From assembly GCA_963706025.1 (NCBI GenBank), contig CAVPLM010000003.1:768001-832000 (forward strand): a stretch of DNA of 64,000 nt, given 5' to 3'. How positions within the stretch are numbered: the first letter of the stretch is position 1; each line of letters starts with the position of its first letter. The notes beneath the pieces were generated by a model. The model was not told the DNA's origin and searched no databases. It was given only the letters and a program-made list of their open reading frames with translations. Below, piece by piece: positions 58,298-64,000 of this stretch. This DNA comes from an uncultured Actinomycetes bacterium (GTDB lineage: Bacteria > Actinomycetota > Thermoleophilia > RBG-16-64-13). The position numbers and the translations under genes were made by a program.

Positions 58298-59951
58298 CTA
58301 TAGGCTGATCATCCTCCCCGGCAGGTTGCCGTTCTGGACGCCTTGTTCGACGATGGGCGTTCCTGCGACGAAGACCCACTCCACTCCCGTGGCCGGCGCG
58401 CTCAGGTTTTCGTATGTGGCCTGCGGAGAGAACTGCGCTTCGTCGAATACCACGACGTCGCCCTTCAGCCCCTCTCTGAGGATCCCCCGGTCGAACAGGT
58501 TCATGGTCGACGCAGGCAGGCTGGTCATGTGGCGGACCGCCTCTTCCAGCCCCACCCCCCGACGGCGGCTTTCGCGGAAGAACTTGGGCATGGTGTTGTA
58601 GCCGACGGGCCAAGGGGTCATATCCGCCAGCCCTGGAGCCGATTCGTTGGGGGAGACATCTGTGGAGGGCATGCCGGCATCGTGGAGGGTCGCCTCGCCT
58701 ATGTAGTCATCGTTGCCGGCGAAGGACAGGCTCAGGATGGGACTCCGCCCGATCGGAATCAGCCCCGATTGACCGCAAATGAGAGCATAGGTGAGCTCCT
58801 CGGGATCGACCTCGTTCTCCCTGGCCAGGTCGCTGATGGTCCGTCCCTCGAGCTCGGGTGTCCCCGTGCGGGCCAGCTTCGCGCGTGGGGAGCAGCTCGA
58901 GATACTCGGGCAGAATGTCGGCCACCTTGCCGATATGCCGCTTCATGAGCCTCGCCAAACCTCTACGGAACTCGGGATCCATTACGTCTCGAGCAAAGCC
59001 TTCCGCGGTCCACGAACGGCCCCCGTACGTGTTCGCGACCCAGAGGAAGATCTGTTTCCATCCGTCCGCGTCGTAGACGAGGTGGGGATCTTGCATGACG
59101 TTGAAGGTGATGTCCAGACCCTCCTCGCGCGCCTGGCTTACAATTGACAGCATCTCCTCCGCTTCATGCCAGTAGCTCGGCAGAGCCTGGTAATGGGCGA
59201 TACTCAGCCTCACCTTTGCATCTCGAGCGAGGCGTACCGAGTATCTGGCCGCGGCGCTGTTGGCACAGTAGGGCGCGTGGAACTGGTAAGCGCGGCCGTG
59301 CTCACCGCATATCTTGGCGAGGGCAAGCACCTCTTCGTAACTGGCATATATGTTGGGGTCATAGCTGAGCCCGGCGGTGGCTCCGACCGCCCCATCCTCC
59401 AACGCGCCCCGGAGAAGGGTCTTCATCTCTTCGAGTTGTGCCTCGCCGGCCGGCTGCGGACCCCGCGCCCCCACCTGCCAGCGAAGCGTGCCGTGGCCGA
59501 TGTAGGGCGCGATATCGATCGCAGTACCCCCACGATTGACGGCAGCGGCGTACTCGCGCTGGGATTCCCAGCTTTCCTCCAACGGAAGCACGTTGCTCCA
59601 GAAGAGGCTCGTTCCGTAGGCACATATGGTGGTGATGTAGTCGAAGAAGGTGTGCGAATCTGGGCCGGCCGACATGCCGCATTGGCCGGACGTCGCGGTG
59701 GTCGTCCCCTGGGTGGCGAAGTTTCGCTCGTGCGGCCAGACGAGAGCTGTCATGTCGCAGTGGGTGTGTGGGTCCACGAAGCCAGGACTAACGACGAGCC
59801 CGGTGGCATCGATCACCCGGGCTGCATCCGCCTGGATGCGGGGTGCCACGGCAGCGATCTTGCCTGCGGCCAAGGCAAGGTCGCCCAAGAAGCAGGGATT
59901 GCCGGTGCCGTCGACGATTCTTCCGTTGCGGATGATCGTATCGAAGTCCAA
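58298..59951 (-). CDS. N-acyl-D-amino-acid deacylase-like amidohydrolase with an apparent +1 frameshift near 58885
   Basis: TTG start after GGAGG; IIRNGRIVDGTG, PGFVDPHTHCD, GQCGMS; after the shift GRTISDLARE...EEAVRHMTSLPA...RGILREG..GDVVVFD. Confidence 0.85.
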
Positions 59952-60076
59952 ATCGCCCTCCAGTCTGGTCGTCTTCGAGTTGCGCGCGCGCCCGTGCTCA
60001 GCTACGCGCCCTGGCCGGGGCCATGCCGGGTCAGGCGCCGGGCCGGCAGCTTGCCGCTGCACGCGGCCGTCCCCAG

Positions 60077-61096
60077 CTACGAGCCCATCCCCAGCGAGGC
60101 GGCCGTCTCCCAGTAGAGGCGGTTCTTCTCGGCGTCGTCCATCGGCTGACGGGCAAGGAAGTCCATGCAGACGGGCATATCCTCGAACGGATAGTCGGTG
60201 CCCAGAACCATCCTCTCCGTGCCCAGGGCGTCGCGCGTACAGGCGAAGGCCTGGGGAGAGTAGTTGCCGCTGGTGGACGAGACGACGTTGTCTCGGAGGT
60301 AATCGCTCGGCATCCGCTTCAGCTTGGGCGCCACAGCCGGTTCGACCGGCACGTGCCCCTGGACGTAGGGGCGGTCCACTCGGTCCAGCATGAACGGGAA
60401 CCCCTCGCCGAGATGGCCGAGGATGATCTTGAGCCTTGGGAAGGTGTCGAAGACCCCGGCGACGATCATCCGCATCACCACCATGGACGTCTCCATCCCG
60501 AACCCGAAGCTGGGCCCGGCCACTCCCAATCCATAGGTGGCCAACTGGGCCACGATGGGATAGCTGGGGTGGATGTAGATGGGAATGTTCAGCTCTTCCG
60601 CCTTGGCCAAGAGGGGCCAGTACCGTTTCTCGTCCAGGAAGGAATCCCCGAAGTTGGAGTGCGTGTTCCAGCCCTTGAACCCCAGCTCCTTGACGCTGCG
60701 CTCCAGCTCTTTGGTCGCCGAGTCCACGTCTTTGGGGGCGAGCGTAGCGTATCCCTGGAAACGATCGGGAAAGCGGTCGACGGCTTCGGCCAGAGTGTCG
60801 TTGGTCTCCTGGGCCACCCGGGTGCCCACGGCCGGGGGAAAGGGCTCGGTCCCCGGAGCGGCGAGCGAGAGCACGGCCACGTCGATGCCGGCTTCATCGA
60901 GCAGCTTGATGCGTCCTTCGCCCAGATCCAGGAGCCGGTCCAGCGGGCGGTAGGGCATGTTGACTCCTGGGACTGGATACAGCCGGTATTTCGTGTCCGG
61001 ATCGTCCGTGAGCCGGGGGTAGTAGTCGTTGACCTGGAGCGCGCGTACCCAGGATTCGGACGCGAAATGGTTCTCGAGGTCGATCTTGCGGATCAC
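60077..61096 (-). CDS. Amidohydrolase_2 family protein (aromatic carboxylate decarboxylase-like)
   Basis: IDLENHF, AGIDVAVLS, IYIHP, FPRLKIILGHLGE, GTDYPF; AAAGGAG RBS. Confidence 0.9.
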   Translation of the reverse strand: MIRKIDLENHFASESWVRALQVNDYYPRLTDDPDTKYRLYPVPGVNMPYRPLDRLLDLGEGRIKLLDEAGIDVAVLSLAAPGTEPFPPAVGTRVAQETNDTLAEAVDRFPDRFQGYATLAPKDVDSATKELERSVKELGFKGWNTHSNFGDSFLDEKRYWPLLAKAEELNIPIYIHPSYPIVAQLATYGLGVAGPSFGFGMETSMVVMRMIVAGVFDTFPRLKIILGHLGEGFPFMLDRVDRPYVQGHVPVEPAVAPKLKRMPSDYLRDNVVSSTSGNYSPQAFACTRDALGTERMVLGTDYPFEDMPVCMDFLARQPMDDAEKNRLYWETAASLGMGS

Positions 61097-61342
61097 GTCG
61101 GCTCCTTTCGGTGAGGGGCTACCTCATCGGGTGGACTCGCTATTGTCGGGTTACCACCATAGATTCACGCGGCCTGAACCGCAAGTCGGGGCGGGCGTTG
61201 GTCGGCAGCGGGGTGACGATGCGCGGCGGGGCGGCGGCGGGCCCGCCGCGGGCCCATTTTCCCGTAGCGTTGGAACCTTGGAACGACGTGCGCTCCGGGT
61301 GCGGACCCGCACGTCCGTTGCGGCCGCTACGTTTCGATCCGC

Positions 61343-62434
61343 CTAGTCCGTCTCCGGCTCCAGCCGGCCCGTGGGGGGCAGGTACGGGCGCGGGGTCTGA
61401 CTCTGACGCCAAGTCGGGTCGGGGCGCGGCACCGGATCGGGGCGCGGTACCGGATGACGTCGGGTGTCCCGTTCGGCGCGGCGCTGCGCACGTGCCTCCC
61501 AAACCAATTGCTGACCGCCGAGGGGCTGGGCCTGTTCCGCCGCGCGAGCGGCGCGCACCTTCTTCCGGCTACGCCTGAGCAGATTGCGGTAGTAGTTGAA
61601 GTGCCAGCTCACATGGAAGATGGAGATGAGCGTCATCGCTACCCCTGCCTCCACATGCCAGAACAGGAGGTCGAAGGGGATGGTGAAGGGCAATTCGTAA
61701 TCGAGCTGGATCGTAAGGATCAACCCGAAGATGCCCGTGATCAAGAAAGTGGCCAGAAGAAGCACGTTCCAGATCTTGCGGTGGGTGGTGACCTTGATCC
61801 TCTTGGTCTTGTGAAGGACGAAGCTGGCCGCGTAGATCAGGAAGAATCCGATGGCGATGGGGCTCACGTTGTAGCCGGTGAAGAGCGAGACCCCACCGGA
61901 GTCTTCGGCGCCGGTGGCGGAGACCGTGGCGACCGAGTCGCCTGACGCGCCCGTAGCTGTCGCGGAGCTGTCGCTCGGACCGCCGGATGACGGAGTGGTG
62001 GTCGAGGTGGTCGCGGAGCCGCTGGCGGCAGCCAGGGCGACGGCTCCGGCTGCGGTCTCGACCGAGACGAGCGAGCCGATGCTGAGGCAGGCGCCGCAGC
62101 CGGCGCAAGGGCCCAGAGGACAGTCACCGGTCGGCGGTTCTCCAGAGGTGGTGGTTGTCACCGCCAGGGTCGTGGTAGTCGTTTCGGACTTGGGTGCCGT
62201 GGTGGTGGTCGTGGTCGACTCGACCGGCTCGGACTGGGAGAGATCGCAGATGTCGTCGCCGTCGGTGTCGACGTACCGGCTGCATGCTCCCGGGTAGGGA
62301 TCGTTTACCAGCCCTTTGGGGCAGTTATCCCAGGCTAGAGCTTGGGAGGGAAAGGCCAATCCGAACGATATGCCAAAAGTCGCCAGGGAGGCGACCAGAG
62401 CGAATGTTGCCACTCTCTTCTTGACAGTTGCCAT
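61343..62434 (-). CDS. Exported Cys-rich membrane protein with DUF4405-like TM domain
   Basis: Signal peptide; CPKGLVNDPYPGACSRYVDTDGDDICD; CPLGPCAGCGAC; TM region HRKIWN...WHVEAG...FHVSWH. Confidence 0.75.
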   Translation of the reverse strand: MATVKKRVATFALVASLATFGISFGLAFPSQALAWDNCPKGLVNDPYPGACSRYVDTDGDDICDLSQSEPVESTTTTTTAPKSETTTTTLAVTTTTSGEPPTGDCPLGPCAGCGACLSIGSLVSVETAAGAVALAAASGSATTSTTTPSSGGPSDSSATATGASGDSVATVSATGAEDSGGVSLFTGYNVSPIAIGFFLIYAASFVLHKTKRIKVTTHRKIWNVLLLATFLITGIFGLILTIQLDYELPFTIPFDLLFWHVEAGVAMTLISIFHVSWHFNYYRNLLRRSRKKVRAARAAEQAQPLGGQQLVWEARAQRRAERDTRRHPVPRPDPVPRPDPTWRQSQTPRPYLPPTGRLEPETD

Positions 62435-62529
62435 CGCACCATACCTTTGTTGGGGGCTGACCGCCGGCCGGCTCGGTGCTGCGGGGTCGTGCGTCCGACG
62501 ATGCACCCTGGTTCGACCTGACTGCAGTG

Positions 62530-62543
62530 TACCCACGGGGGTA
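62530..62543 (-). promoter_or_regulatory. Second CsoR/CstR-type operator
   Basis: TACCC-ACGG-GGGTA overlapping a minus-strand TACACT -10 upstream of the Cys-rich membrane gene. Confidence 0.6.
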
Positions 62544-62631
62544 TAAAGCATTCATAAATCCTGGATTACAGTTTCGTAGTCCGGCTTGCCGGCCTGTCGG
62601 ACACGGCGCCCGGGAAGCCGTGCCCCGCGCG

Positions 62632-62660
62632 TTGACACCCACCGGGGCTGGGGCTACAAT
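62632..62660 (+). promoter_or_regulatory. sigma70 promoter of tRNA-Lys
   Basis: TTGACA-17 nt-TACAAT. Confidence 0.85.
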
Positions 62661-62673
62661 CGTCCCTCCATAC

Positions 62674-62746
62674 GGGCCGTTAGCTCAGTTGGTAGAGCAC
62701 CGGACTTTTAATCCGAGGGTCGCTGGTTCGAGTCCAGCACGGCTCA
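62674..62746 (+). tRNA. tRNA-Lys(UUU), CCA not encoded
   Basis: GGGCCGT acceptor pairing with ACGGCTC; D arm GCTCAGTTGGTAGAGC; anticodon arm CCGGA-CTTTTAA-TCCGA; T arm GCTGG-TTCGAGT-CCAGC. Confidence 0.97.
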
Positions 62747-62754
62747 TTCTCTAT

Positions 62755-62780
62755 GGCCCCGTTTTGCGGGGCTTTCTTGT
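62755..62780 (+). terminator. Intrinsic terminator after tRNA-Lys
   Basis: GGCCCCG-TTTTG-CGGGGCT followed by TTCTT. Confidence 0.7.
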
Positions 62781-62909
62781 GTGGCTGAGTGGGCCCAGGG
62801 ATGCTCTGAAGCCGGAGCCGGCCCGGAAGTTCACGGAATGTACACGCCGCAGATGGTCGCGGCTTGTCTAGGCTGGTCCCAACTGGTCGTTGATGGAGGT
62901 TTGGCGCAA

Positions 62910-63179
62910 GTGAGCACCCTGATCTACATCATCTACGCCGTAGCTGTGGTCTACAGCTTGCTCATCTTCGCCCGGGTGGTGCTGTCCTGGTTTCCGGCAC
63001 GCCCAGGCAGCCAGGTCTTCCTGATCAAAGGCGCGCTCTTCACGCTCACGGAACCATACCTCGGCTTGTTCCGCCGGTTGCTTCCTGTGGCACGCATCGG
63101 TTCCGTCGGCCTCGACCTGAGCGTCCTGGTGGGCCTGGTCATTCTCTTCATTGTCATTCAGGTGCTGGCCCGACTCTAG
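62910..63179 (+). CDS. YggT family membrane protein
   Basis: LIFARVVLSWFP, TEPYLGLFRRLLP, GLDLS; GGAGGT RBS. Confidence 0.9.
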   Translation: MSTLIYIIYAVAVVYSLLIFARVVLSWFPARPGSQVFLIKGALFTLTEPYLGLFRRLLPVARIGSVGLDLSVLVGLVILFIVIQVLARL

Positions 63180-63297
63180 ATCTACAGTACTAGAGCTTGG
63201 CGTGGTAGAAGAGGTGAGCTGGTGGCGTGAACCCCCCACGATGTTTGCGTAGCGAGCGTCACTGGTTCAAATCCACTGTGGAGCATATGGAGGCCTG

Positions 63298-63323
63298 GGA
63301 GTCCTCAACCGAGGACTCCTTTG
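63298..63323 (+). terminator. Hairpin, probable intrinsic terminator
   Basis: GGAGTCCTC-AACC-GAGGACTCC-TTT. Confidence 0.6.
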
Positions 63324-64000
63324 GCGTCTTTCCTCGGCAGAACAGCCGTTCACCATCACGGCTGCACTAGAATGGGCCCGCGAGCGCTTTCCCAGCAGAC
63401 ATCTACGGGCGCGCTGACGTCCAGCTTGCCGGCGTCTCCTTCCCTTCTAGTTTCACGACCTCGACCACTAGCAGCCCCGTTCCGCGGACTGTTTGCAGGC
63501 AACTGTGACCTGTCAAGCCATGGGTGCTCGCGTGACCGTCGGAGGAGAGATCCTCATGCGCGATCAACTGGAGGATATTTCTGGTGGGTGTAACAAAACG
63601 GCGAACGCCGGGCTCGGGCTTGGTTGCTACTTGGTGGTTTGGCTGACCCGTGCAAAGATGAGGGGTCGGCGTATCAGTGACTGAGTCGTTACGGCGTTAG
63701 GCGTGCGTGTCGCAAGACTGCACGAGTCTGTGATACGCACGCGTCTGTTCGGTTGTCCTCTACATAAGTCAATGGTCCACGGATCTGCTGGGAGGTGGTC
63801 CGGTCCATGTGTAGCCGTTCTCGGCGCGTTAGCTGCGAAGCTTGGTTGGCGGCATGTTTCTGATTGACGGAGAGGAAAACCGAACTATACTCAAGAAGCC
63901 GGGAGCGTAGCACCGTGAGATTGAGCAGTGAGGAGAGGAGGCTATAGCCTCACCGCTCTGCGGCCCTACCTGGTGATGACACTCCTCCCGGATCGCAAGC

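Noticed and set aside
63321-63913. Short ORFs at the right end
   Set aside because: No recognisable domains and atypical codon usage; cannot be supported as genes

Overview
GC-rich bacterial chromosome segment. The content suggests an anaerobic, deep-branching actinomycete such as Thermoleophilia (inferred from PFOR, MMPL, Eis, a PASTA kinase, UPF0182 and the rpsF-ssb-rpsR-DUF2232-rplI-dnaB order). Housekeeping content: PFOR, a TPP-riboswitch thiN-ykoFEDC-type thiamine operon, an AmmeMemoRadiSam operon, an hsp20-lon-archease-rtcB operon, ribosomal protein genes, dnaB with a 133-aa mini-intein, a pur cluster interrupted by an AAA_14/DUF4143 gene, hicBA and a cobalamin-riboswitch btuFCD locus, two amidohydrolases and tRNA-Lys(UUU). 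The most striking signal is a redox cluster at 31.5-34.8 kb (trxA, unannotated thioredoxin-like ORF, FmdB, lgt, TlpA, ccdA). It sits behind a CsoR-type operator and holds three in-frame UGA codons, each followed at +10/+11 nt by a SECIS-like hairpin, so it is probably a multi-selenoprotein module hidden from the ORF track. Also notable: a strand-specific covarying hairpin repeat after purH, three phased palindromes before the AAA_14 gene, CTG starts (rpsF, ECF ATPase), and several +1 frameshifts that may be sequencing errors. All family calls come from motif recognition by eye; no searches were run.
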